A program made the translations under genes and the position numbers. From contig CBDBKE010000002.1 of assembly GCA_965206645.1 (NCBI GenBank), forward strand, positions 32,001 through 96,000: 64,000 nt of DNA. Reading direction: 5' to 3'. The DNA is from Terriglobia bacterium (lineage in GTDB: Bacteria; Acidobacteriota; Terriglobia; JAJPHL01; JAPKYU01). Numbering within the stretch: position 1 is the stretch's first letter; each line of letters opens with the position of its first letter. Below are positions 22,001-30,866 of this stretch, piece by piece. The notes beneath the pieces were generated by a model. That model saw nothing but the letters and a program-made list of their open reading frames with translations. It was not told the DNA's origin and ran no database searches.

Positions 22001-23033
22001 CATTCACAGAGTCCGCATCGAGAAGCTTACAGCCGAGGCTGGCGGCGGCAAGGTGCATCTGAGCGGTTTTATGGAATACGCCAACAGTCCGCCGGTGTTG
22101 CGCCTGCGAGCCGAGGCCGAAGGAGTTCGCGTGCGCCATCCCGAGGGCACCAGCTCGCTGCTCAATGCCAGCCTGAACCTGGACGGGACAGCGCAGCACA
22201 GCGTGCTGGCTGGTGAAGCGGTGGTAACCCGCGCGAGTTTTAATCCGCGCTTTGACCTGGCCAGATCCCTGGGACTCGTCCGGGCGCGCGGACCCACCCT
22301 CGTCACCACTCCCCTGCTCGACACGATGCAACTGGACGTCCGGGTGACCTCCTCCCCCAGTCTGCGCCTGGAACTGGCCTCGGCCCGCGACTTGCAGGTG
22401 CAGACCAACCTGCGACTGCGTGGAACCGTTGCCCGTCCCGCCATCGTTGGCCGGGTGGAACTGTTGCAGGGAGAGATCCTGTTTGCCGGAACCCGCTACA
22501 TCGTGAACCCCAGCGACATCAGCTTCGTCAACCCGTTCCGCATCGAGCCCGTAGTCAACCTGCACCTGCAGAGCCGCGCGCAACAGTTCGAGATTTTCGT
22601 CGCGCTTAACGAACCGCTCGACAGACTCAACATCACCTATCGCTCGGAGGCGCTGCTGATCACCGGCCGGGCGCGGGAGGGCGCCACCGTCACACAGCCG
22701 GCGCAATCATTCCCGACCCTCGCCACAAGTGCCATCCTGGAGCAGGCGCTCAACGCGGCAGTGGGCAGCCGCATCGAGCGCCTGTTCGGCGGGGGTCGCG
22801 TGAAGATTGCCCCGCACGTCGGGGGCCCAGAAACCAGCCCGGGAGCTCAACTCACCGTGGAGCAGCAGGTGACGCCCGACGTCAGGCTCACCTACGTCAC
22901 CAACCTGACTTCCACCCAGCAGCAGGTGGTTCAATTGGAGTGGACGATCAACCGGCGCTGGTCGTTGAACGCGGTCCGCGACCGCAACGGACTGTTCGGC
23001 GTCGACTTCAAGTGGCGAAAGCAGTTTCGCTGA
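19011..23033 (+). CDS. tamB: Translocation/assembly module TamB (AsmA-like) protein
   Basis: N-terminal membrane anchor, 1340 aa beta-taco-like sequence, DUF490-like C-terminus (LRLRGT..RP.I.G, LTVEQQVT, GVDFKWRKQF). Confidence 0.88.
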   Translation: MSRRAKIGIGAGLLTLATLGAVLYLRSAHFHRYVQARIVSQIERATGGRVELGSCRVNFTDLPWLPPPENTLFRSYLPALPALEVKLQRLVIRGRETDPNLPLFVADSIFIRLKIASLLWRKIDWRLLRLARPRIHLEVDTTGRSNIPGPERRQATAKPLADKVLDLAIKHLEVTDGELSWNDQRLPLEFAAENLLADFAYETGTDLYHGRIAFATALWESTDASREGGPRTLAGPPLQAHAELRLGRTGIQIVRMSWETPRSTLSLSGHVFASAQPKILLNYEAGLDVAEIAAVSRVSELRSGRLGLKGRLSYDATGQGLDSSADLRLERLAVESPPFRLSRIHGTGRVRVTREFVEIPDLRLLLLGGELAGNFRADHLQEQPKLILDAQARGLSVSELMRSLTTPQRPLSKLLWAGAVDGDINAQFLLGGSDATPNLEVESKFLVRPPSAAPPGVLPVSGRGELAYVSGAGQLALRNVSLETPGSRISAESVWATGPNSEHDLQLNLSTTSSREWAPLIAVRLPAEAPMALELQGRAQLQGTLRGAALTPRLEARLEATDFRYGKTHWTGFTTNLAYSPNLLRLTEAQLRRGGSVVRLNFTAQLAEGGFTEASIFNLEAVAEDADLADLAGLTGTPYPLTGRVSATLRAEGTKRNPQGSAWVRVTSGTLAGEPFDALRGKLNFAQGELRIADIELTKGSAKITGEAEYRPADGSYQFQLGGAGLALNEISLFRSPRFVLGGQVGFRASGAGVPERPRLEAAVEVSDLEVNGEPVGQLTASAETRDGRLEARLKSQLVRSNIAGTMSVQLTGEFPAQGRVELTGVDLDPLFEKAFGGYPTSHSTTTGWISISGPLKKPESLLVATEIRELQVALEQVELRNKGPLRAPFRDGRIQIEQARLAGTQTNLSVAGWLRVTGPPATRTIELRADGEMNMALLRTLNPELIGSGKLRLDATATGTLQRPLLKGRAQIYNGGMALRGFSTGLSKMEGSLAFDIHRVRIEKLTAEAGGGKVHLSGFMEYANSPPVLRLRAEAEGVRVRHPEGTSSLLNASLNLDGTAQHSVLAGEAVVTRASFNPRFDLARSLGLVRARGPTLVTTPLLDTMQLDVRVTSSPSLRLELASARDLQVQTNLRLRGTVARPAIVGRVELLQGEILFAGTRYIVNPSDISFVNPFRIEPVVNLHLQSRAQQFEIFVALNEPLDRLNITYRSEALLITGRAREGATVTQPAQSFPTLATSAILEQALNAAVGSRIERLFGGGRVKIAPHVGGPETSPGAQLTVEQQVTPDVRLTYVTNLTSTQQQVVQLEWTINRRWSLNAVRDRNGLFGVDFKWRKQFR

Positions 23034-23040
23034 TACGCTT

Positions 23041-23745
23041 GTGTGGTTCAGAAACAACGGCGCGTCCAAAGGCGAAGCCGAGTATGCGCAGCGGCGGGCC
23101 CGAATGGTGGAGCGTCAGCTCCGCGGGCGCGGGATCCGCGACCCGCGAGTGCTGGAGTCTATGCGGGCAGTGCCACGGCATGAATTCATCTTCCCCGAGT
23201 ATCGCGTGCACGCCTACGAAGACCGGCCTGTCTCCATTGGGGTCGGCCAGACGGTCTCGCAGCCCTACATGGTAGCCGTCATGACCGAAGCACTGGAATT
23301 GCGTGGTTCCGAGAAAGTACTGGAAGTGGGCACCGGCTCCGGCTACCAGGCCGCGGTGCTGGCGACACTGGCCGCGCGCGTCTATACCATCGAGCGGGAG
23401 CAGGAGTTGCAGGAAAGTGCGCGCCGCACCCTGGAGCGCCTGCGAGCCGCCGGCTTTGCCGCTGCCGAACGCATCGAGTTCCTCGCGGGAGACGGCAGCG
23501 AAGGCTACGCGCCCGCGGCGCCCTACGACGGTATCCTGGTGGCAGCCGGCGCGCCCGCCGTGCCGACCAACTTGGAGCAGCAACTGGCCGAAGGGGGCCG
23601 CTTGGTGATCCCGGTGGGGGACCGCCACACCCAGATCCTCCGCCTGCTGCGCAAGACTTCCGGGCAACTGACCGGGCGCGCCATTAACGAATGCCGCTTC
23701 GTTCCTCTGGTCGGGAAACAGGCTTGGCCTGAGGAATGGCCCTGA
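23041..23745 (+). CDS. pcm: Protein-L-isoaspartate O-methyltransferase
   Basis: VPRHEF, GQTVSQPYMVA, VLEVGTGSGYQAAVL, APYD.I and RFVPLVG motifs. Confidence 0.96.
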   Translation: MWFRNNGASKGEAEYAQRRARMVERQLRGRGIRDPRVLESMRAVPRHEFIFPEYRVHAYEDRPVSIGVGQTVSQPYMVAVMTEALELRGSEKVLEVGTGSGYQAAVLATLAARVYTIEREQELQESARRTLERLRAAGFAAAERIEFLAGDGSEGYAPAAPYDGILVAAGAPAVPTNLEQQLAEGGRLVIPVGDRHTQILRLLRKTSGQLTGRAINECRFVPLVGKQAWPEEWP

Positions 23746-23846
23746 GTGATGGCCCTAAGTAATGGCTAGGTTGCTGGCGAGCGGCAAGAAGGACTGGACA
23801 GGCGCCATCCCGAACTCTGATACCAGCTACACAAATCTGATACCTG

Positions 23847-24698
23847 CTACACCGAGGCGAAGCCTTGCTGGCTGAAGACGATCTTGTCCGGAGGGAAGTG
23901 GCGTGACAGCGCCTCCAGCAAGCCTAGATGAGCGTCAGGGGTAAACCAGTCAGCGTAGCCGAGCCGCGCCAACAGCTCGTCTACGCCCAGGCGGGCGGTA
24001 CGGCGGCCGCCGCTGCCATCGCCGGCAAAGAAGGTGTCCACCAGCACCCGGGTGACCCGGCCTGCCAGCAGGGCCGCAAGGCGGGCAGGATCACAGGGCA
24101 GCACCGGCGCCACTGCCGCCTGCACCCGCAATCCGGCCCGCGTCAATCGCTCCAGCGTGTTCAGCCGCCGCTCGACCGAAGGGCTCAACGGCGTCAGCTC
24201 CTGGCGGACTCGCTCGTCGTCGGTCTCCAGTGTGAAGGAAACCCAGAGCTGATCGCGGAGGCGCCCCAGCAGGTCCAGGTCCCGTTCCACCAGCGGGGAG
24301 CGAGTCTGCAGCAGCACCACCTCAAAGGCCACCGGCATCTCTACCAGCACTTCCAGCAGCCCGCGTGTCAGGCGCAGGCGCGCTTCGGCCCCCTGGTAGG
24401 GATCGGTACTGGAAGAAAAGAAAATGCGGGGCCGTATGCCGCGGGCGTTGAGACGGGACAGCTCCCGGCGAAGCAGCTCAGCAGCGTTCGTCTTGGCCAG
24501 CACCCAGTCGCCCCAGTCGCGCCCACCTCCGGCCTGTGCTACCGGCAGAGCGCGCACGTAGCAGAACGGGCAACTGCCGCGGGCGCCGAAGGCACAACCC
24601 ACATAAGGATTCAACGAGTGCGTGTAGCCGGCCAGGAACCCCTTGTGTTGGGCCGTCAGAATGCCGCGGGCGCGGATTTCGGTGAGCTGGGCAGCCAT
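23847..24698 (-). CDS. Radical SAM protein, spore photoproduct lyase-like family
   Basis: SLNPYVGC...CPFCY, SSSTDPYQ, QTRSPLVERD and PSVERR motifs. Confidence 0.85.
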   Translation of the reverse strand: MAAQLTEIRARGILTAQHKGFLAGYTHSLNPYVGCAFGARGSCPFCYVRALPVAQAGGGRDWGDWVLAKTNAAELLRRELSRLNARGIRPRIFFSSSTDPYQGAEARLRLTRGLLEVLVEMPVAFEVVLLQTRSPLVERDLDLLGRLRDQLWVSFTLETDDERVRQELTPLSPSVERRLNTLERLTRAGLRVQAAVAPVLPCDPARLAALLAGRVTRVLVDTFFAGDGSGGRRTARLGVDELLARLGYADWFTPDAHLGLLEALSRHFPPDKIVFSQQGFASV

Positions 24699-24928
24699 GG
24701 AGTTGCTCAGTCAACTATACCGCGACCATACCGTGACTGTACCGCAAACAGGCCCACGTTGGTGATTCCTTACGCTGCGCAGGACAACTCTTGGGATGGT
24801 GCAGACAACAGGCACTGCCGGGCCATTTCTCGGCGCGACGGAGTTGGGATTTTGTTCGACAGGCGCGACTAATTTTTCTATGCTGATAGTGATAGGCGGA
24901 GACGCCTGTCACTGCGTTGCGACTCCCA

Positions 24929-25720
24929 ATGGGCACCTACTACCGCACCACCTCTTCCATGGGCTTCGGCGGGTTCCCCATGACGCCGGCCGTAAAGCTC
25001 CTGCTGATCGTCAATGCCGTGCTGTTTGTGATCCCGGCCCTGCTGGGCATTAACCCAAACCGCCTGTGGCTCTTGCTGGTACCCGGGCAGGCGGTGCGGG
25101 GAATGATCTGGCAGCCTTTCACCTACATGTTCTTCCACGGGGATCTTTGGCATTTCCTATTCAACATGCTCTTCCTGTGGATGTTCGGAACAGCGGTGGA
25201 GCAGACCTGGGGGACGCGCCGCTTCACACGCTACTACCTGGCCTGCGGAGTGGCCGCGGGAGTGGCAGTGGTGCTGGCGGGTCTGATGGAGGGGACACGA
25301 CAGGCGCTTTACACAGCTACCGTCGGCTCCTCCGGCGCCATTTATGGTCTCATCCTGGCCTTTGGCCTGCTATTTCCCGACGCGCCTATCTGGTTTATGT
25401 TCTTCTTCCGCATGCCCGCCAAGTACTTCGTCATCCTGCTGGCATGCATCGAATTCTTCTTGCAGCGCACGCAACCCGGGAGCACCATCAGCCACATCGC
25501 CCACCTGGGAGGCATGGCCTACGGCTTTGTTTACATCAAGTACTTCCTGAGGGGCCGGGCGTTGAGCTATGCCTCCCGCCGCCCTTCCCGTACCTCGCGC
25601 CTCGACCTGAAGGGCGCTTATCAACGCTGGAGGCTGCGCCGCGCCCGGAGAAAGTTCGAAGTTTACATGCGCCAAGCCGAGCGCGAAGACCCCCCCGATA
25701 AAGATCACTGGATAAACTAG
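24929..25720 (+). CDS. Rhomboid-family intramembrane serine protease
   Basis: WQPFTYMFFH, HFLFNM, GSSG (catalytic Ser) and HIAHLGG (catalytic His). Confidence 0.93.
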   Translation: MGTYYRTTSSMGFGGFPMTPAVKLLLIVNAVLFVIPALLGINPNRLWLLLVPGQAVRGMIWQPFTYMFFHGDLWHFLFNMLFLWMFGTAVEQTWGTRRFTRYYLACGVAAGVAVVLAGLMEGTRQALYTATVGSSGAIYGLILAFGLLFPDAPIWFMFFFRMPAKYFVILLACIEFFLQRTQPGSTISHIAHLGGMAYGFVYIKYFLRGRALSYASRRPSRTSRLDLKGAYQRWRLRRARRKFEVYMRQAEREDPPDKDHWIN

Positions 25721-25789
25721 CCGGGTGCCAGGCTGCCAAGTGGCGGAGTGCTACCCGACGGCCGACTCCGAACACCTCAAAGCTGCTTA

Positions 25790-26728
25790 TCAGTGAAGAT
25801 GAGGGTGGCTTCGGGCGCCGATGGGGATTCGGCACCCCTTTGCCGCCTCGCAGGGGACGTGCTCAAGCTGCACTGTCGTATGGCGGATGCAGAACTGCTG
25901 TTCCAGAACGGAATTCACCTGGCCCAAAATTGCCTCGCTCTCGAGGAGCGGAATGTCGGGGATGCAAACATGGCAGCTCAAAGCCTGAGCCTTGGCACCC
26001 AGGCTCCAGATGTGCAGATCGTGCACGTCCTCGACTCCCGGCACCCCGCGGATGGCTGTGGCCACCTGCTCCAGCTCGATCCCGCGAGGCAGTCCCTCCA
26101 GCAAGATGTTCAATGATTCGGTGACGATGTCCCAGGCGGTCCATACGATCAGTCCAGCAATCAGGATGCCGAGAAGCGGGTCGGCGGCACGCAGGCCGGT
26201 GGCGGCGATCACTACGGCGACCAACACGATACCGAGGGCAGTCAGGGTATCCGCCCACGTGTGGATCAACACGCTGCGCGGAGCGCGCTGGCTTTGGGAG
26301 TCGCGGCGAAGCGCCGAGGAGATAAACCAGTGCATCAGCACGCCCGCCGTCCCCATCGCCATCATCACCGTGGTGTTCGGGGTATTGGCCTCCGCAGGCA
26401 GCACGAACAGCCGGCGATACCCCTCGTAGAAGAGAAACCCCACCAGCCCGATCAGGGAAAGCGCGGCGACGAACGCGGCGAGCACACTGGCTCGCTGGTA
26501 GCCATAGGTTTTCCTTTCGCTAGGCGCTTTGGCCTGTACATGCCAGGCAAACCAGGTGCCCAGCAAAACCAGGGCGTCAGAAAAGTTGTGCCAGGCGTCG
26601 ATCACCAACGCCAGGCTGCGAGCCCAGTACCCAGCCGCCAGCTCCACCCCGAAAAACGCCAGCGTAGACAGGGTGGCCATCTTCAACACCCACCCGGGAG
26701 CATGCGCTCCGCGCTCGTGCGCCGGCAT
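25790..26728 (-). CDS. Cation diffusion facilitator (CzcD/ZitB-like) transporter
   Basis: DAWHNFSD, TYGYQR, HTWAD, VHDLHIWSL and HTTVQLE motifs. Confidence 0.92.
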   Translation of the reverse strand: MPAHERGAHAPGWVLKMATLSTLAFFGVELAAGYWARSLALVIDAWHNFSDALVLLGTWFAWHVQAKAPSERKTYGYQRASVLAAFVAALSLIGLVGFLFYEGYRRLFVLPAEANTPNTTVMMAMGTAGVLMHWFISSALRRDSQSQRAPRSVLIHTWADTLTALGIVLVAVVIAATGLRAADPLLGILIAGLIVWTAWDIVTESLNILLEGLPRGIELEQVATAIRGVPGVEDVHDLHIWSLGAKAQALSCHVCIPDIPLLESEAILGQVNSVLEQQFCIRHTTVQLEHVPCEAAKGCRIPIGARSHPHLH

Positions 26729-26738
26729 GGAACCCAGT

Positions 26739-27254
26739 TTAGCGCAGCCGGGACCGGCCCTGCTCCAGCTGGAGGAGAAATTGTTTTACTCGAAGTCCGC
26801 TCGCATACCCACCAAGACCGCCATCCGCAGCTATGACACGATGGCAGGGCACCAGAATCGCAACTGGATTCTGGTGATTGGCCATGCCCACCGCCCGGAA
26901 AGCGCGCGGGCGGCGGATCTGGCTCGCGATGTCGGCGTAGGATCGCGTTTCGCCGTAAGGAATCATTCGCAGCGCCTCCCAGACCTTCCGCTGAAAAGGT
27001 GTGCCCCGCAGGTCGTGCCGCACCGTGAACTTTCGACGACGTCCAGCGAAATACTCGGCAAGCTGCGTCTCAACCCGTTGGGTCTTTTTTCTCGAGCGGA
27101 CCCACTGAAGGCGGGGCTGCCGGTTGCCGTCGAGACTGCTTGGCTTGGAAGAGAATCTTCGGCCAGCTGCAACCTGCAGCACCCCACGTTCCGAGCAGCA
27201 GATGGTGAGCCGCCCCACCGGAGAGTCCATGGTGGAGTAGTAGACAGTTTCCAT
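26739..27254 (-). CDS. ogt: Methylated-DNA-protein-cysteine methyltransferase
   Basis: GTPFQRKVW, IPYGETRSY, RAVG.A, active-site PCHRV and LGGY motifs. Confidence 0.95.
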   Translation of the reverse strand: METVYYSTMDSPVGRLTICCSERGVLQVAAGRRFSSKPSSLDGNRQPRLQWVRSRKKTQRVETQLAEYFAGRRRKFTVRHDLRGTPFQRKVWEALRMIPYGETRSYADIASQIRRPRAFRAVGMANHQNPVAILVPCHRVIAADGGLGGYASGLRVKQFLLQLEQGRSRLR

Positions 27255-27324
27255 GCGGGCAAATCTATCACGCACCAGGGTCGCCTGGCGACCTGTAGAG
27301 AACGGGCCTGTATATAATGGCTCT

Positions 27325-28692
27325 GTGGCAGCCGAAATTCCGGAAATTGTCATTTTGGGCGGAGGGCTGGCTGGCTCTGAGGCCGCCTGGCAATTGGCCG
27401 CGCAGGGACTCCCCTGCACGCTGTACGAGATGCGCCCGACGGACGAGAGTTCGGGCGCGTCTACCAAGCAGACAGCCGCGCACAAAACCGGCTACTTGGC
27501 CGAACTGGTCTGCAGCAACTCGCTCAAGAGTGAGCAGCCCAATTCCGCGCCCTGGCTGCTGAAAGAAGAACTGCGCCGCCTGGATTCGCTGGTGTTGCGC
27601 ATCGCCGCCCAGGTGGCTGTGCCGGCCGGCCACGCCCTGGCGGTGGATCGCGAGCAGTTCGCCGCTCGAGTCACCGCCGCCATCGAGTCGCAGCCGCTGG
27701 TGACGATCCGTCGTGAGGAGATCCGTGAGATTCCAGCCTCCGGCCTCGTCATTGTCGCCACCGGACCGTTGACCAGCGATAGGCTAGTCGCTTCCATCCA
27801 GCGCCTGACCGGCAGCAAGCACCTCTTTTTCTACGACGCCATCAGCCCCATCGTGGACGCTGATTCGCTGGACTACACCAAGCTCTTCCCCGGCTCCCGC
27901 TACGGCAAAGGTGGCGAAGACTACTGGAACTGCCCACTGAGTCGGGAAGAATATGACCGCTTTTACGAAGCGCTTCTAGCTGCGGAGTCCTACCCGCTGC
28001 ATGAATTCGAGCAGACCTGTTACTTTGAAGCCTGTCTGCCGCTGGAAGAGCTGGCCCGGCGCGGCCGCGACACGCTTCGCTTTGGGCCGATGAAGCCCGT
28101 TGGGCTGCGCGACCCGCGCACCGGACGCGCGCCTCATGCGGTGGTCCAATTGCGACGAGAGAACCTTCGGGCCGACAGCTTTAACCTGGTCGGCTTCCAG
28201 AACCACCTGCGCTTCGGCGAGCAGACGCGAGTCCTGCGGCTGATCCCGGGGCTGGAAAGTGCCGTCTTCCTGCGCTATGGGCAGGTTCATCGCAACACCT
28301 ATATCAATGCGCCCGCCTTGCTGGACCAGACGCTGGCGCTGCGCACACACACCCACATCTTCTTCGCCGGCCAGATCTGTGGGGTGGAGGGCTACGTGGA
28401 ATCGGTCGCGACGGGCCTGGTGGCAGCCTGGCAGGCCGCAATCCGTGCCCGGGGGGAGGAGCCGGTCCCGCTGCCGCGCGAGACAGCGCTGGGCTCACTG
28501 TGCCTCTACGTCAGCCACGCCAACCCGCACCACTACCAGCCCGCCAACATCACCTTTGACCTGCTTCCCCCACCGCAAGGGCTTTCCCCAGCGGAACGCA
28601 AAGACAGACAGCGGCGGCGCGCTCATCAATGTCAGCGCGCGTTGGACGCGCTGGAGCAGTGGAAGCTCCGCCATACCGTGCTTTCCCTGTAA
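27325..28692 (+). CDS. trmFO: Methylenetetrahydrofolate-tRNA-(uracil-5)-methyltransferase
   Basis: GGGLAGSEAA, ELVCSNS, ATGPLTS, FYDAISPI, FGPMKPVGL and HRNTY motifs. Confidence 0.96.
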   Translation: MAAEIPEIVILGGGLAGSEAAWQLAAQGLPCTLYEMRPTDESSGASTKQTAAHKTGYLAELVCSNSLKSEQPNSAPWLLKEELRRLDSLVLRIAAQVAVPAGHALAVDREQFAARVTAAIESQPLVTIRREEIREIPASGLVIVATGPLTSDRLVASIQRLTGSKHLFFYDAISPIVDADSLDYTKLFPGSRYGKGGEDYWNCPLSREEYDRFYEALLAAESYPLHEFEQTCYFEACLPLEELARRGRDTLRFGPMKPVGLRDPRTGRAPHAVVQLRRENLRADSFNLVGFQNHLRFGEQTRVLRLIPGLESAVFLRYGQVHRNTYINAPALLDQTLALRTHTHIFFAGQICGVEGYVESVATGLVAAWQAAIRARGEEPVPLPRETALGSLCLYVSHANPHHYQPANITFDLLPPPQGLSPAERKDRQRRRAHQCQRALDALEQWKLRHTVLSL

Positions 28693-28746
28693 CCTCGACG
28701 CCGTTCTTTGGGAGCCTCCAGATGATTCTCCGCTACTGTATTGCTT

Positions 28747-29697
28747 GTGGACTTTGCTTCGGTGGCCGCGCAATACCTGGAGTACCTGCGCGTGGAGCGT
28801 AACTGCTCGGCACACACCTTGCGCAATTACGGCAGTGACCTGGAGCAGTTCGGCGCCTTCCTGCGAGCGCAACCTGACGGTGAGCCGCCGCTGGAGGCGC
28901 TGACCCATCTGGACATTCGCTCGTTCCTGGGCGAGCTATACGTCGGCCGGCTAAAATCGGCTTCCATTGCCCGCAAGCTAGCGGCGCTCCGCTCGTTGTT
29001 CCGCTTCCTGGGCCGTGAGGGCCTGCTACGCGACAACCCAGCACGTCTGGTCTCCTCTCCCAAGTTGCCCAAGACCCTGCCAATTGTGCCAACCGCAGAG
29101 GAAGTGAACCGTCTCCTGGACGCGATGGCCAAGGGCAAGGGCGCAACGGCAGCCCGTCGGGTCCGGCCCCCGAAATCCCCACTGCAGCCGGCGCGCGACC
29201 TCGCCCTGCTGGAGATGCTTTATGGCTGCGGCCTCCGTGTGGGCGAGCTGGTGGGGCTAAACGTGGCGGACCTGGATCTGCGCGACGGATTGGTCCGCGT
29301 GCGTGGCAAAGGAAAGAAGGAGAGGCTAGGGCCTCTGGGTAGCAAGGCTGTTGCCGCCCTGGAGCAGTACCTGGCAGCGCGCACTTCCGCGGTCCCGGCC
29401 GGGGGAAGCGGCGACAGCCAGCCAGCCCTGTTCCTGAACCAAACCGGCAGCCGGCTTACAGCTCGTTCTGTCGGGCGTATTGTGAAGCGCTATGCGCTGC
29501 TGCTCGGCAGCGATACCGGCCTGCATCCCCACTCCTTCCGCCACGCTTTCGCCACGCACCTGCTCAGCGACGGCGCCGACCTGCGCGCCATTCAGGAATT
29601 GCTGGGGCACGCCCGCCTGTCCACCACCCAGAAGTACACACACACCAACATCAAGCAGCTGATGGAAGTCTACGACCGTACCCATCCCAAGGCTTGA
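28747..29697 (+). CDS. xerC: Tyrosine recombinase XerC
   Basis: RD.ALLE.LYGCGLRV.E, GKGKKER, HPHSFRHAFATHLL, LLGH..LSTTQKYT and HPKA; conserved trmFO-xerC order. Confidence 0.9.
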   Translation: MDFASVAAQYLEYLRVERNCSAHTLRNYGSDLEQFGAFLRAQPDGEPPLEALTHLDIRSFLGELYVGRLKSASIARKLAALRSLFRFLGREGLLRDNPARLVSSPKLPKTLPIVPTAEEVNRLLDAMAKGKGATAARRVRPPKSPLQPARDLALLEMLYGCGLRVGELVGLNVADLDLRDGLVRVRGKGKKERLGPLGSKAVAALEQYLAARTSAVPAGGSGDSQPALFLNQTGSRLTARSVGRIVKRYALLLGSDTGLHPHSFRHAFATHLLSDGADLRAIQELLGHARLSTTQKYTHTNIKQLMEVYDRTHPKA

Positions 29698-29826
29698 GGT
29701 TCCGTTCTACAACAAAGCTCTTCAAGACAACTTCTGGGACGTGCCTCACTTTCGATTTGTACATGGAGTGTGATCCGCCGGCAAAGTGCCGGTCCCAGAC
29801 CGAGACGGCATCAGCAGAAAATCGGG

Positions 29827-29835
29827 TGATATACT
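29827..29835 (+). promoter_or_regulatory. Extended -10 promoter of the trp operon
   Basis: TG-a-TATACT about 120 nt upstream of the trpC ATG. Confidence 0.55.
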
Positions 29836-29956
29836 GGCCTGGGGACGTGGTCGGGGGCTTGATTCGCGGTGTTGGCGCCGGTGTTTTTACTGCCTCTTGA
29901 TGCAGCGAGGCAGTTTCTCTAACGCCGCAGACTCATCGAGCAACTTCACAAGGAAA

Positions 29957-30763
29957 ATGCACACCGTAGCAACCAACTATGGTTCCGGGGCTCACTTGTT
30001 GGCCGAGATTGTGGCGGCAAAACGTGCCGAAGTGGCTGAGCGCCGCGCCCGGGTTTCGGAAGCGGAGCTGGAGAAGCAAGCGCAGCGAGCCGCCGCAACC
30101 CGGCGGCCGTTCGCGGCGGCACTGGTGCGCGGCGGACGCGCCATCATTGCCGAAATGAAGCAAGCGTCGCCTTCCGGCGGCCTGCTTCGGCCCGATTACC
30201 GTCCCGCCGAGATTGCGCGCGCCTACGAAGCCGCCGGGGCGCGGGCCCTGTCGGTGTTGACTGACGGCCCCTTTTTCCGAGGCTCGCTGAATCACCTACA
30301 GGAAGCTCGCCAGGCCACCGGCCTGCCCGTGCTCCGCAAAGACTTCCTGTTGGATCCCTATCAGGTGGTTGAATCCGCCGCGGCCGGCGCCGATGCGGTG
30401 CTGCTGATTGTGGCTGTCCTGGATGCCGGTGCACTGCGTGAACTGCTGCGCTGCGCGACCGAACTTCTGTTGGACGCGTTGGTGGAAGTCCACACCGAAG
30501 AAGAAGTGGACCGAGCGGCCTCGCTCGGCGCAAAGCTCATCGGGGTGAACAACCGCAACCTCTCCACCCTGGCCGTGGACGTGGAGACTTCGCTGCACCT
30601 GCGGCCTCGGCTGCCCGCTGATGCGATCCTCGTAAGCGAGAGCGGCCTGCGGTCGCGGGAGGATCTGGACCGCCTGGAAGCTGCCGGCTACCGAGCCTTC
30701 CTGATTGGCGAGCGGCTGCTGACCGCCCCCGAGCCGGGCGCCGCGCTTCGCGCGCTGCTTTAG
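29957..30763 (+). CDS. trpC: Indole-3-glycerol phosphate synthase
   Basis: IAEMKQASPS, LSVLTD, PVLRKDF, LVEVH, GVNNRNL and VSESG motifs; AAGGA SD before ATG 29957. Confidence 0.96.
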   Translation: MHTVATNYGSGAHLLAEIVAAKRAEVAERRARVSEAELEKQAQRAAATRRPFAAALVRGGRAIIAEMKQASPSGGLLRPDYRPAEIARAYEAAGARALSVLTDGPFFRGSLNHLQEARQATGLPVLRKDFLLDPYQVVESAAAGADAVLLIVAVLDAGALRELLRCATELLLDALVEVHTEEEVDRAASLGAKLIGVNNRNLSTLAVDVETSLHLRPRLPADAILVSESGLRSREDLDRLEAAGYRAFLIGERLLTAPEPGAALRALL

Positions 30764-30859
30764 TCCCAGGTCCCAAGTCCAAGGTCTAAGGGGAAGGCGG
30801 ACCCTTTGAGGGAGCCTGCGCACTTTGGACTTTGGCCCCTGGACTTTGGCCCTTAGACT
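30762..30859. repeat. Inverted pair of degenerate heptamer tandem repeats between trpC and trpF
   Basis: AGTCCCA-GGTCCCA-AGTCCAA-GGTCTAA facing CTTTGGA-CTTTGGC-CCCTGGA-CTTTGGC-CCTTAGA. Confidence 0.75.
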
Positions 30860-30866
30860 TAAAGGT

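Noticed and set aside
28747-29697. Prophage or island integrase
   Set aside because: XerC-type motifs, a conserved position after trmFO, and no phage or cargo genes nearby
29786-29956. Trp leader peptide, or the long N-terminal extension of TrpC given by the ORF track
   Set aside because: The two TGG codons are in the TrpC frame without a start after the predicted promoter; the SD-led ATG at 29957 is the better start
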